Assembly: GCA_951406725.2 (NCBI GenBank)
Contig: OX597824.1
Location: forward strand, 45,260,001-45,324,000
Source: Octopus vulgaris
Taxonomy: Eukaryota
Direction of reading: 5' to 3'
DNA: 64,000 bases
The position numbers and the translations under genes were made by a program. Below are positions 1-12,871 of the stretch, in pieces (the first letter of the stretch is position 1; the number at the start of each line of letters is the position of its first letter). The notes beneath the pieces were generated by a model. The model searched no databases. It was not told the DNA's origin and was given only the letters and a program-made list of their open reading frames with translations.

Positions 1-1225
1 AAAGCTGTGGTTACTAGGGCAAAAAATCTCACACTTTGACATGTCTTTGTCGTTTCTCTCATTCTCTTATCTGCTTGTCTTTCTCCTTCTCTCTCTCTTT
101 CCTCCCTTCCCTTCACTTTCTCTCTATAACGACGTTTCACAGCGTCTACTATCTTTCCCCTGCCACTTTCGCCAGTGCTGTCACTCTTTCTTCCACTTAC
201 TCTCTCTCTCTCTCTACGTCTGTCTGCATTCATAGAGAGAATGAGAACAAATGTTATGAATCAGATATTTATTGGGTTAATTTATATATGTGTGTGTGTG
301 TTCTATATATAAATATGTATATATAATGTATATGTACAAAGTGTATATATCTGTATTTATATATATATATATATATATATAATTTGTATATATAATGCAT
401 ACACACACACATATATGTAATGCATATATATGTACACATATATATATATATATATATAATGTGTGCATTATGTGGTCGGTTGAGCTGAAAATATGCACAC
501 CTATGTTAAAAGTGCTGGCGAGTTTGCATAGCAACTATTTTTTTCCACAAATGAAAGGCGTGACCTCTAGGACAAAATTCCTCAACTTACAAAATGTGGC
601 CTGAGTAGACCCGAATGAAATCGGGTTATTTAGGAATTCTCTGTACATCAAGCTAAAAAAATTGCGCCACCCTTTAAATCGTCAATGTGTTGCCGTCCAT
701 GATGAAGAAGTTTTGAATGTTTGCCATGGTGAGTCTACTGTTGTGAGAAAGAATCACTTCAAAACTTGGTGTTTAGGAATTTTCTTTTACATCAAGTTCA
801 AAATTTTATGCCAGCTGTTAAACTGGCACTATGTTGCTGTCCGTCATTAAGAAATGCCAGCTATGGTGAGTCTATTATCCTCAGATTCTATCCCTTCAAA
901 CTTTGGTTTCCAATATTTTTTTATTTTTATTCAGCTTGCAAGTTCGTCTGTCCCTTTTAAATGTTAGTGTTTTGCTGTCTGCCTTGAAGCAGACCTTTCC
1001 GTTGTCACTGCCTGATATTTATGATTGATCTTTCAAAATATTTCTTTCTCAACTTACTCAAGATCTTTTGTTGTTTATAAATGGGAGAGAGAGAGTAAGA
1101 GAAAGCGAGGGAGAGTCCAAGAGAAAGGAAGAGTAAGAGAGTGGGAAAGTGAGAGAGAAACAAAGAGGGAGAATGTGGTGATAAAAAACAGAAAGGAAGC
1201 AACTGAAGGTAACAACCACACTCTT

Positions 1226-1258
1226 ACCCGCGCGTAGAGCGGGTCACCTTAAGTTAGT
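1226..1258 (+). mobile_element. Possible Helitron-type 3' terminus (GC hairpin followed by degenerate CTAG)
   Basis: ACCCGC-gcgtaga-GCGGGT hairpin (1226-1244), then TTAG|T about 10 nt later; canonical end is CTAG|T. 5' end not located. Confidence 0.4.
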
Positions 1259-1294
1259 TATCTTATAGTAGCAATGCATGGAAAAATCATGGAT

Positions 1295-1795
1295 TACATG
1301 GAAAAATGCAAGCATGAAAAGTAATATTCTTAAGCTTATAAACCTGGAAAAGTACAAGACAAGTTATTACACTTGGAAAAGTATAGGACAAGCTATTACT
1401 TCTAGTAAAGTAACGAATAAGAATATTTTTACTTAAAATATTTCAGCTAAAATTAAAATTTGAATATTAAAAATTATTTTATTATAGTTTACAAATAACA
1501 CTATACTTATTTAATTAGAATTTGGCTAATTTACTACCTTAAATACAGAAAAAAGTGATGAATTAAACAAACTTACAAATTAGCAGAACAGTTTTGTACA
1601 ATAAATTTAAAAGATGAGAACTGTAAAGAGTGATAAATTAGAAGAAATGGCATTCTTTGCTGCAATATTTTAAGTAAAAAGTTTCTTATTTACTTTTCCA
1701 GGTGTAATAACTTGTCTTTTACTTTTCCAGGTTTATAATCTTAAGAATATTACTTTTCATGCTCGCATTTTCCATAAATGCTTGCATTTTTCCAA
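1295..1795. mobile_element. MITE-like element with ~95-bp terminal inverted repeats
   Basis: 1298-1390 (atggaaaaatgcaagcatgaaaagtaatattcttaagcttataaacctggaaaagtacaagacaagttattacac) is the near reverse complement of 1690-1795; AT-rich non-coding interior. Confidence 0.7.
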
Positions 1796-1818
1796 AATAT
1801 ACTTACATACATACATGT

Positions 1819-1867
<49 letters not shown>

Positions 1868-1892
1868 TATTATATGTACATATATATATATG

Positions 1893-1949
<57 letters not shown>

Positions 1950-2767
1950 AGGAAATAGCAAGGGTAAGATGTTGTGTAGTGTGTTTAATAGTATGGTCCA
2001 TGTCACAGGGGTCAGAAGTTAGAGGCTAACTGCTATTTAATAGACCATTATAAAAGGAATTAGCAGAATTAACTTAAATTGAACCTGTTTGGAGAAATTC
2101 AATACATAAGTATATCAATGAAAGAAAAATTAGATAAAACCTTAGTGTTATGTTATTACTTGTTACTTATTAACTGAAACCTATTCCCAATACCCCTATG
2201 GGCTATACCCCAAGTATAATTGAAACACAATGTAACCCTCACAGCGTGCAGAAATTTCTCCTGGAAGTGACTTTCTTTACCATAAGATGTAATACCGTGG
2301 ATTATGGATAATGACGTTCTTACCGTTCCTTACCGTTCCTTACTATTTCTATTATTTTATTTTATCTTACTTTATCATTTTAACTTATTTCCCCACATGT
2401 TAGTTTCCTAACATTTGGTCTTTCTGATGCAGCCTTGGGGCTCATCCATTGTCCAACCCCTGTTCAATGTTTGTTCATCTCTGTATATTACTGGCATGAT
2501 GTGGAAAACTTGGAAGATTTGGCAACCCCATGGTAGAAACAGTTGTAAGAGTTTAGTATTTGTACGCTCATCTAGTCTTCATTTATTTTTATTTATATAT
2601 TTGCTTATTTCATTCGTTTCTTTGGATCACTTACACATATGATTGTAATCAATTAATAAATAGATATAATTGAATTTTACAAGCTGATTGTTGATTGTTT
2701 ATCCTCTCCATTTTCTTATTTGCCCTATATATATATATAAATATATATATATGTACATACTTGTAAA

Positions 2768-2820
<53 letters not shown>

Positions 2821-3126
2821 ATATATATATATAGATAGATAGATATGGATGTATATTTATAGAACTTTCGGTTAGTTAAAATATGTTTTTGACATATTTC
2901 AACTTTTCTAAAGGCAAATTCACTGCAATTATTGTGGAGAAAATATTCTCTCTTATTGTAAAAGGGCTTAAGAAGGCTAGGGTTTGTAAGTTACGAATAT
3001 AAAAATTGGAATCGTTCTTGTTGTTTTACTTCTTTACTTAAACCATACAAGATTTTCATAAAATAATTTACAGGTTAAGTTCTTTTATCAGCTTTGTATG
3101 TGTTGTTTTTCTATTTTCTTTTATAG

Positions 3127-3291
3127 CAACAGGGTTCATTATGTGCCCTTCACTGTCTGAACTCCCTTCTTCAAGGCCAGTATTTCAGCCCTATAGATTT
3201 GGCACAAATAGCCAAGAAATTAGATGACCAAGAAAGGGAGCAGATGGCTGAGGGTGGTGAGAACTCACAAGAATATATGCACTTTTTAGAG
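3127..3291 (+). CDS. ATXN3: Ataxin-3 exon (Josephin N-terminus with catalytic Cys)
   Basis: ttatag|CAA...GAG|gtgagt, 165 nt, QQGSLCALHCLNSLLQGQYFSPIDLAQIAKKLDDQEREQMAEGGENSQEYMHFLE; aligns with human QEGSLCAQHCLNNLLQGEYFSPVEL. Start exon not found in window. Confidence 0.96.
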
Positions 3292-4199
3292 GTGAGTGAG
3301 ATATTAATATACATATACCCATGTTTATTTTTGTGATGGTGATGATGTTTAATGTTCCTGTAGTTGTTCATAGTCTAAAGACTGCTAGGTTATAGACTAA
3401 AGTCTAATTAGTTGAAGAAAGAGATATTTAGTTATTTAGTACTGTTGCCCAGCTTAAAAATGAATGAATATACTGGATAAAGCAATCCTGAATATGATAA
3501 TGCACTAAAAAAATTGGGATGGTTATGGCTGGAATGCCAGTCACATGATGAAAATCCTGTTGGTTGTAGAGAATGGTGATGGCGTATTAGCTGTTGAGGG
3601 GTAGTTAAGTGGTGTGTGTGTTGGAAGACATCATTTTTTAACCATTTTTCTGCACCCATATTATATTTTGATATACAGGAAATTATTGGTGTCTGAAAGT
3701 TTGCCCTTAGATAAACTGAGGCAAGTAATGTATAGCACATCTGGGTTAAGTATGTTCAGTGACATGGAATAGTGTTGGAATGCCTAATATATTGGTCAGT
3801 GGTTATTTTTATTAAAAAAAATATATAACATATAGATGCAAGTTGAATCCAGTTTGCTTGGATGTCTCTTAACTTCACAATACATATTAGTTTTGATGTT
3901 ATGGTCGGGATTCTTAAAGAATGTGGGTGTGATATGTTGGTTCATATTTTAAATAGTTCAATTTTCAAATCTATCATTTTTACACTTCTGACATTGATAT
4001 TCAATGTCCATTGCTATTTACTAAGATGTTTTGCTTTCTATTTGATCTTTAATATCTTATTTAGTAATAAGTGGACAAATCTGATGTTGAAATTCTTTAC
4101 TTTTTAGCTATGTTTTCTGTGTATATTTTGTTGATAATTGTTGAATGTGTGTGTGTATACACACACACACAATTGTACATTTATCCTTTATATTTACAG

Positions 4200-4336
4200 C
4201 AACCGTCTTCAAATATGGATGAACGAGGATATTTCTCAATACAAGTTATAACAAATGCACTAGGAGTATGGAATTTAGATATAATACCTTTTAGTAGTCA
4301 ACATCCAAAAGCTAAGGAAGCACAAGAAAATCCTCT
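4200..4336 (+). CDS. ATXN3: Ataxin-3 exon (Josephin)
   Basis: ttacag|CAA...CT|gtaagt, 137 nt, phase 0 to 2, QPSSNMDERGYFSIQVITNALGVWNLDIIPF matches human QPSGNMDDSGFFSIQVISNALKVWGL. Confidence 0.96.
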
Positions 4337-5474
4337 GTAAGTATATTTCATCACACCAAATATTGTTAGATTAGTTTTACTCTATTGTATTCTTTTCACA
4401 ACCAGAACTGAACAAGTCACTACATTAACAACAGCAACTTCACTGTAATAATTACAATTTAATAGTTTAAAATGAATTTTTCTCTTGGGTCAGATGTAGC
4501 AAAATGTTTAAACTCCACTCACTTTTCTTTGAAAATATTTTTGCTTAGTTGAGTTCTTGTTATCTTACAATGTTGCATATGTCATTCACCATGTATTAAC
4601 ATACTTTTCTGTGTTAGATATATTAACCATACTGCATATTATCAATAATTTCAGTCATTAGTTGTCTCTTCTGAGAAGCCCAACATCTTGAGATCTGACC
4701 TTAGTCTTTTTTTTTTACACAGATACTCTCCATCAATACTTGGCACCTTTTCACTAAACACTAGACATGCATTCACATCACTATACCAGCACAGTTATCT
4801 TTCCTGCATATTTCAGTTGATTCCTTTTAATATTTGGCTATTTCTTTGCCCACTTGTGCTCTACCTTTTATGCAGATTAACATTATATATTTTGTTTGGT
4901 TATGAGAAATGAGTACTGAAGTCTGATGATCTGTTGAATTTTCCTTTCTACATATGCTTCATATGGTTTTTCTTTTGCATGAATAGAAAACCTCTTTGTA
5001 ATCAGCAGAAGCAACAACTGCCAACCCTTTCTTCTCCAGCAAAACATATGTTTTGCTACAACTAGTTGCTGCTTTCATTAAATTACCATTATAACAGTCT
5101 TTCAATTATGTCTTGTGAGTCAACTGAAGAATTCACGGGCTTCATTTTATGCATGATCTGTGCATTCTAACACATCTGAAGTCTTGATTTTCTGTGAGCC
5201 CAACAAAATTATCCTGTTGCTTATTTTATGTACTTATTTGCTTGTACTGAGTATATGGTAGTGAGTTTGTATCAACCTATATGTCATGTTTCTTGAATTT
5301 CATGATCTAATTTGGTCTTTGCCATGTTGACTCTAAACCAGTGATTCTTAATCTTTTTGATTTCACGGTACACACGAGAAGAAACAGGCATATTATTGGT
5401 GCACTTTGCATGGCAATTTAGTAGAAAAATTATCTTATAAAATTATAAAAATATAATACTTACTTTGTAAGACG

Positions 5475-5632
5475 TGCATATATGGTTGTGTAGTTAAGAA
5501 GTTGACTTCCTAACCATGTGGTTTCAGGTTCACTTTCACTGCAGCATCTTGAGTAAATGTCTTCTACTATAGCCCCAGGTCAACTGATGCCTTGCGAGTG
5601 AATTTGCTAGAGAAAAACTATATGGGAACCTG
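5475..5632 (+). mobile_element. tRNA-derived SINE, family A (head)
   Basis: tggttgtgtagttaagaag...catgtggtttcaggttca...gtcttctactatagcc...; A/B-box-like head shared with copies near 6690, 35865, 37320 and 43750 (+) and 11420, 18730 and 22370 (-). Confidence 0.75.
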
Positions 5633-7642
5633 TTGTATATATACATGTGTGTTTGTTTATGTTTGCACTCTACAAGAGTTGCAAGCTGCCAGCAGTGTTG
5701 TTTTCACTTGTTTACAAATTTCATGTCTTTTACAAATTTTATGGTTTTGAAGACATATGAAATAAGAGATCCCTTACTAATAAAACAGGTAAAAACAAGA
5801 AGGTCATATGTCTGTAAAACAATGCCTTGACAATGCATTTGACTAACCTATAACAAATAAGTTATTGCTTACTTTGTTTTAAAAATATCATGAAAAAAAA
5901 ACTAGAAATAACACATTTATCAAGACTGCCAAGCATGGTTTTCTCTGAACCCTTAAATTTTATTTTAAGCATTTCCCTCTCTTCCAATCTTTCTACTTAA
6001 AAGCCTTTGACTTCTTTAAAGAATTTACTTGAATTAGTAATCAAGACATTAAGTTGCTAATAAATGTTAAAAAGGTACTCTTATATCACAATGAAACTTG
6101 CTGGAACAAAAAAAAACGACTTGTTCAGTGTCTCCACAGAGAGCTTTTCTTAGAAAGTATACCACCCTTCATAGCTCTAAATTATACAGAGATGATATCT
6201 TAATAATCTCGTGCAATATGAATGGCATTGGATAGATTGTACAGGAGTATTCAAGGAGTTTCGTTTAAGCATAACTATAAACAATAACTAACTTCTTAGA
6301 CAAACTGAACACAGGTAAAAATGTTCTATGAAAAGCTAAACAAGGACATATATTTTATTTTCTCAGCCATAATTTGGAATCTTGTAACTGGAACAAGGCA
6401 GATATCTTTAACAGGGCTCCTCTTGTTATAACTAAGTACGAGTGAGAAGCTAGTATGTAAGGAAGAAAACACACATACACCATAAATGAATTAGAGGACA
6501 GTAATCTTGTTTAATCTACCATTTAACATGAATGTAGTCTTTTCTATAGCCAGGAACTTTCTATCTTTTGCAAGACATTTCTCACTAACACAAATACAAC
6601 AAGCTCTTCACTATCAATAATGTTAAAGTCATTTCCTCCTGCTTGGATAACATTGCTTCCCAGATCACCCAGTGCAAAACACAGAAGTTCACTTCACAAC
6701 CACAAGGTTTTGTGTTCAGTCCCTCTGTAGCACATTGGTCAAATGAATTTTGCTATATCCTCAGGCTGAAAAATGGTTTATGAGTGAAACTTGCTAGGTG
6801 GAAACTCTGTCTATATGTGTGTGTATCTGTGAAGATTTACATATTTGTGGCTTTTTCTCCACGTGTATAGTATTGACATCACTTCAGCAGTGATGATGTT
6901 TGTGTAAACAAGATATCCAGCAGTGTGTTGATATGTAATAGTGGGAAATAAAGTACCTTCCTTGAAAATATGTTAGGGTTGGTGTCAGTAAGAGCATGGA
7001 GCTGTAGAATACTGCCTCAAGTAGTCTCTCTCATCCAACACAGCTCTCTTTCTGTCTTTCTCCATAACAAACCCTCAAATAACACTACTCCAAATAGCAT
7101 GATTTTTTGTGAGTAAATTGTATAACCTTATTAGGTATTCTATAGGGGGCTGTGAGTGTTCAAAGTTAGATTCATAGTAATACCTGTAAAAGTCACTACA
7201 ATAGTGTCAGTACTAACAATTTTCCTTAGGTTAAAACTTCTGAGGGTATTAAATCTTGTCTAAGGCAGTCTAATTAATGTCCGTTATACACATACACACA
7301 CATATATATATACACATGTGTGTGTATGTTTATTCACACACACATGCATGCACACACACACACACACATACACACACTGATGAAACTTTGATAAAGTTGA
7401 AACAGTCCTGTCATTGGCTTCCAATTCTATTTGAACTGCATGTACAAAAAAATCTTGCAACATTTAGAAAGTTGGCAATTTCTAAATGGCTGTGATCTGC
7501 ATATATGGCAACAATGACTGCATTTCTTTTCACTTCTCTTAACATTTCATCTGTCATGGAAGATCTGAAAAAAAAAAAAACAACTTTTATTTTGGTTTGA
7601 AGAGTGTAATATACTGATAATTGTTTTCATACTCACTGCACC

Positions 7643-7679
<37 letters not shown>

Positions 7680-8249
7680 CATATATATATGTATACACAT
7701 ACACACACATATATATATGCAATGTTGATGTGAATCTCCTCCACAGCAATAAACCTGTTCCTCCCGTCATCTCTAAGCACCTCACATAAAGCAACCACCA
7801 TACTTTCTATCCTCCCTTGCAGATAAACAAGTATACAGATAGAAGGAAAATATAAAAAAAGAAGCATACAATCTGCCCTTCATGTAGAGAGAATCCCCTT
7901 TTTGCCCCTTTTTTTCACTCTGCTATGATGTTGGATCAACTAGTTCCATTGTTTATTATTGTCACACAAGCAATTACTTCAAGACATTCTAAGCATCTGG
8001 AAGAATTTATTTCATGGTTAGTTACTCCGACTGCAAACTACTCTGCATCTTCCAAATAGGAATTCTTCCTTTTCTGTCAGCTTACCTGTGTATCCCACTG
8101 TATCTGCTTTGCACCTGTAGTTTACTTTTGATACACAGTATCCTTTTCTATATAGAGAGCATGGCCTCTTTCCTAATGGCAGCAGAGTCCTGTTTTCTTT
8201 TCAAGCTAACTAAATTCTTTGTCTTTGCTAGATTTACTTTAGAGTCCTT

Positions 8250-8950
8250 GTATTTGTAGGCTTTACTTCCATGTTTGGAATTTTTCCTTTAATTCTTTAA
8301 CAGATTCATCTTTAAGAACCAGGTCATCAGCGTACATGTGATCCCATGTTGTTGAGGCCTGGAGAACTGTAGTAAACAGAAAGAGGCTGAAAACTGAGCT
8401 CTGATGGATACCTACCTAAATTCCTTGCTGAACTCATTGCTAATTTTCAAACCATCTAAAAAGATGTCCTCAGCATCTCTGTAGATGGCTTTTAATGGCT
8501 TTCTCAAGCCATTCAACTACATCAGAATACATGTGGTTTCCTCTGAAAAACCTTTTCCAGGTAGATGAATTCTAAATACACTGGTGCTCTCTTACCTAAG
8601 AATTCCTCATTATTGTCTCACTAGGAAGTGGGTACTTGTGATGCTAGGCACAAACTTGAACTGCATCTCATGTAAGCTAATTCTTTTCTTAATCAACTGT
8701 GTAATGCTTTCTGTTGCTTTCATAACATCAGCCATTAATTTGATGCTCCTGTAACTGATTCTTTCTAGAGCATTTCTTTTGCTTGTGTCACAATTAATGA
8801 TGAAACTTATACACCTGGTATTGGGTATGAGACATCCTTGATTGACTATGAATGACTAGCATATATCCAACTTCATCAGTTATTTTCAGTATCTCAGCAA
8901 CTATCTTTGATGGTCCAGTAGCTTTCCATGTCTTTATATCTCTAATCAAC
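8250..8950 (-). mobile_element. Old degenerate RTE LINE reverse-transcriptase fragment
   Basis: Minus strand gives VGIHQSSVFSLFLFTTVLQA and MYADDL (about 8320-8415), matching the younger RTE copies in this window. Confidence 0.7.
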
Positions 8951-9405
8951 CCCTCCCCCCGGCTCTTAACAATTTCAATAATATCTCACCCTATGGATTG
9001 AAATGTGTATCATTGAATTGGTTCTCTGACCTTGTTGCCATATTACTGCACATTGTTACCACATCATATGTAAAACACTCCGGTTTCTTTCATACACATG
9101 AAGCTTCATATTGACATGGGAAATTTAACATTCACATGTATCCAAAAAGGCAGTAGCAACATAAATGGTTCCAAGTAGAGATGTGACAGTGAGGACTTTG
9201 GTCTGCTACACAGTTACCCATCATAACATCCATTTTAAATAACAAAAGTATTAAAGTGTTAAAAAGCAGCATTTGCTTAAAGATTTTTGTAAGTTGGTCT
9301 AACTATACATTAAAAAAGTTATTTATTATTTATTTTTATTTTTCCTTTGAATCTTCATGATGCAAACATCAGATTTTATTTAGTGACATACTGTTTACAT
9401 TTCAG

Positions 9406-9560
9406 ACAACAAACAGCTTATATATGCAACATGAAGGAACATTGGTTCACTATACGTAAAATTGGTTTCCAATGGTTTAACTTAAACTCTTTACTGAGTG
9501 GTCCCGAACTCATATCAGACACATATCTGTCTTTGTTTATCATACAATTACTACAAGAAG
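9406..9560 (+). CDS. ATXN3: Ataxin-3 exon (catalytic His and Asn)
   Basis: tttcag|A...G|gtaata, 155 nt, phase 2 to 1, AYICNMKEHWFTIRKIGFQWFNLNSLLSGPELISDTYLSLF. Confidence 0.97.
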
Positions 9561-9849
9561 GTAATATATATGTGTGTATATATATATAAATATATATAAA
9601 TAAATATATTTCATCAGTGCTGTGATTTTCCCCCCTCCTCTTACTTTCCCACCTCCTGTTTCTTTTCCTGTGTTTTTTTTTACTCTCATATCCTCATAAA
9701 TTTGCCTTTAAATTTATATATTGCAGTGAATTAAATAAATGTAATTTCAGAACCATTTAACTTATGACATCAAGGAGCAATATATTTACGTTTTTTTTTT
9801 ATTTTACACTAAATATTCCAAACTAGAATTGGATGAGGCAACAAGAGAG

Positions 9850-10445
9850 CTGCTGTGTGATTAGTTGGCTTGCTACAAACAGTAGCCAGTATCCCTCAAA
9901 CCATACCTTACTGTCTTAAAAAAAAAAAAGGACATTTGATACAATAGCCTTGAATATATTGTATCTGAAAAAATATGGAATGGTCACTGTTGGAATGCTT
10001 TTGATCATAGGTTTACTTGATCAGGGCTAACCTGGGGTTGAACAACAATTAGAGTTGGTGAGATTACTTTTGATATTCTTGCATATGAATTATTAGAGGA
10101 AAGTAATTTTTTCTTACAGTTGGATGGGTTATTTGTCTCTTTGAATTTTTTATTTTGTAGTGGGAATCATACTGATAGTCTGGCCAAGCAGTTTGAGACA
10201 GAGTAGTGTGCTCTACTTGAATGGTGCAACACAATGTGGGCACCTATATGAAGTTGCTTGATGAGATAGATATAGTGGCCAAATCTAACTCTGTTTTCTC
10301 AAAAAGAAAGAAAGAGGTAGATATTGAAAAGTGTGGTTCTAGATAAACTATGTTTGAATAAAACACAGAACAGTCACATCTAGATTGCCTTTGATCATAG
10401 GTCTACTGGATCAATTCTGACTTGGCACTAAACAACAACAAACCA
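9850..10445 (+). repeat. Two copies of an old dispersed ~200-bp repeat, family C
   Basis: Motif tagcc...ccctcaaa...tcttaaaaaa...tttgatcataggt.t.ct.gatca...aacaacaa recurs near 17190, 19320, 26820, 46650 and 58660 (+) and near 36740 and 42410 (-). Confidence 0.6.
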
Positions 10446-11214
10446 ATGTGTTTTGTACTCCTGATGATCATATTGTTAATAATCCAATATCTTAAAATTC
10501 ATATCTGTTGAATATGAAAATGATATTAAGAATTTATGAATGGATGTAAAACAACATAGAAATAATTTGAATGGTTCTAGAAAAATTCTTTTTCTCTTTT
10601 TGCAAATAATTGGTATGAAATTTTAGCCTCAAAACTCACAAGCTCAGATGCTGTCACAGATACTGTATTTCATGTAATCTTTTACACAAGGCAGATTTAT
10701 TCCATTCAAATGTTACAAAGTGCATAAATATTATAACTACATGGTTAACCACTTGTAAACATATTGGAACTAGACTTCTAAACTTTTTTTTTTTAATTTG
10801 CTACCTCTCCCACTCCAGATTTACATAAAACATACACCAAAATAACTGAGGACTCAATGTATTTCTCCACTCTCTCTGGGCCCAAATTTTGTACTAGGCT
10901 GCCAGTATCTGATAAATTGTAACTATTTTATACCAAAATAACTTGGGTATACTTTACATCAATCTACTGCAGTCACCATTTCATCTTCCTACTATATATG
11001 CAGAGCAGCCACAAGACCAAATACTGCATGACAATATATGTAATATAGTCCTAAATGGAAGAGAGACAAAACAGACAATTTGTTACAGGTCTCCTCCCCA
11101 GGAAGACATTACTGGGTTACTCAACTGTGGCAGCAACAGCTCTCCAACTATACATTAAAGTGGATTTGGTATCAATACTAGCAAAAGTTTTAACTTGAAA
11201 AAAAGGAAATATCT

Positions 11215-11562
11215 TTTTATTGTTTCCTTGTTTCAGTCATTAGACTATAGCTTTGCTAGGGCATTGCCTTGAAGAATTTTTAGTCAAATAAATTGATTCC
11301 AGTACATTTTTTTAAAGCCTGGTACTTATTCTATCAGTGTCTTTTGCTAAACTGCTCGGTTATGGGGACATAAATACACCAACACCAGCTGTCAAGCAGT
11401 GGTGGGGAACAAACACACATACACACACATGATGGACTACTTTCAGCTTCTGTCTACCAAAATCCACTCACAAGGCTTTGGTCCGCCTGAGGTGCCATGC
11501 AATGGTACTGAACTTGGAACCATGTGGTTGGGAAGCAAGCTTCTTACCACACAGCCATGCCT
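11215..11562 (-). mobile_element. SINE family A, near full length (head, CA microsatellite, tail)
   Basis: Colinear with 22150-22536 (tgtttcagtcatt.gact...gtacttattctatc...aaatccactcacaaggctttgg...catgtggttgggaagcaagcttcttaccacacagcca). Confidence 0.85.
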
Positions 11563-11736
11563 ATAACTACAAACTGTATTATTTTGTTATAATTAGGTAC
11601 ATTTTTTTAGAACCATTCAGTACATGTAGAGAAAAATAGAAATAAATGTATTTCATTTAATCTGTCTCACTTCTCTCCTCTCTTTCTCTCTTCCTCTCCA
11701 AGTAACAGTAGTATTTTCATATTATTCTATTCACAG

Positions 11737-12021
11737 GTTATTCAATATTTATTATCATTGGTAACTTGCCACCTAGTGATGCTGATCAACTTTTAAAAAT
11801 TCATCCTGCTGTACAGCCAGTGAAACCTACCTTAGAAAGTGCAGCACCTTTAACTGCATCCAGCAGTGAAGACCAGATGGACCCCAGTTTACAGCAAGTT
11901 ATTGAGACTACTCGGGAATATGCTGAAAAGGATGATCCTTCATTGCAGAGAGCATTAGCAATGAGTTTGAAAGATAAGGAAGAAGCACTTTTACAAACTG
12001 CTCTTGAACTTAGTATGCAAG
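11737..12021 (+). CDS. ATXN3: Ataxin-3 exon (end of Josephin, UIM cluster)
   Basis: tcacag|GT...G|gtaaat, 285 nt, phase 1 to 1, GYSIFIIIGNLPPSDADQLL ... DDPSLQRALAMSL ... EEALLQTALELSMQG. Confidence 0.95.
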
Positions 12022-12843
12022 GTAAATTTTCATGGGTTTTTTTTTTATTGTTTGATGTGTTAATTGCTGTATTTGATATAGAAAAAACTTTTAGAATGTT
12101 TATTCTTCCCTTGTACAATTTATGTTTGTTTTGATCTTGAAGTTCCTGAATGAGATGCCAAGATACTGTCTTTGACATGTCCCTAACTTTAGTATCATTC
12201 TAGAACGTCCGTTTACTCTCTTCTTCAGTAGTCTTCGGGAGGAAGACTTGAATTCAGCATTTCAAGACACACAAAAACACTCATCTATCATTCACCAAGT
12301 TTTCTGAATGCTGTGGGAAGTTTTTTTCCCTCCTCCTCTATTATACTCAATTGCAGTTTATTGGAGAGTTGATTTTTTAAAAACTTGTGGAAACCTAAAC
12401 CACACTCTCTGTACATTAATAAGGCTGTTAGCAACCTGATGACTTTCCTAGCCCAGTACTATTCTTGCTGACACCTGTGTTACACTGTAAAATTTTCACC
12501 TGTATTCAGTGATAGTGTTTTCATATTTTTACAACTGAATGCCCTCCCTATCATAAATTACTTGCAGAATGGACTGAATATATTTATTACGCTACTTAAT
12601 ACTAAACAACCAGTCTTGCTTTTTAATGAGAATTATATTTTAAAAGTGGTTACTGTCATAAACTGGTCGACTTCACTGTGTGTCTCCCACATAAGTAAAA
12701 ATACTAAAGTCTGCAGAACTGGTGGTGGTCTGTGCTGGCAAAAATCACAAGGTGTGGGGCATGGCTTTTGATAAGTTTGTATTCTGTGGGGAGAAGAGGA
12801 ATCTAATGTTTCAGGACTGGCCCCTTTATCATGTTTTCTTTCT

Positions 12844-12871
12844 CAGATGAAGGGTCAGTCTCAAAATGTCA
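12844..12871 (+). ncRNA. Decayed minimal hammerhead-like motif
   Basis: CAGATGA-A-GGG-tcagt-CTC-AAAA-TGTC follows the layout CTGATGA-A-stem II-GAAA-CGTC with three substitutions; stem I not evident. Confidence 0.3.

Noticed and set aside
1298-1326. ATG GAA AAA TGC AAG CAT GAA AA|gtaata (MEKCKHEK) resembling ATXN3 exon 1 MESIFHEK
   Set aside because: The donor would be phase 2 while the next exon needs phase 0, the IF residues are missing, and the sequence lies in a MITE inverted repeat mirrored at 1750-1795.
11801-12178. 125-aa antisense ORF over an ATXN3 exon
   Set aside because: Shadow of the coding strand with no recognisable motif.
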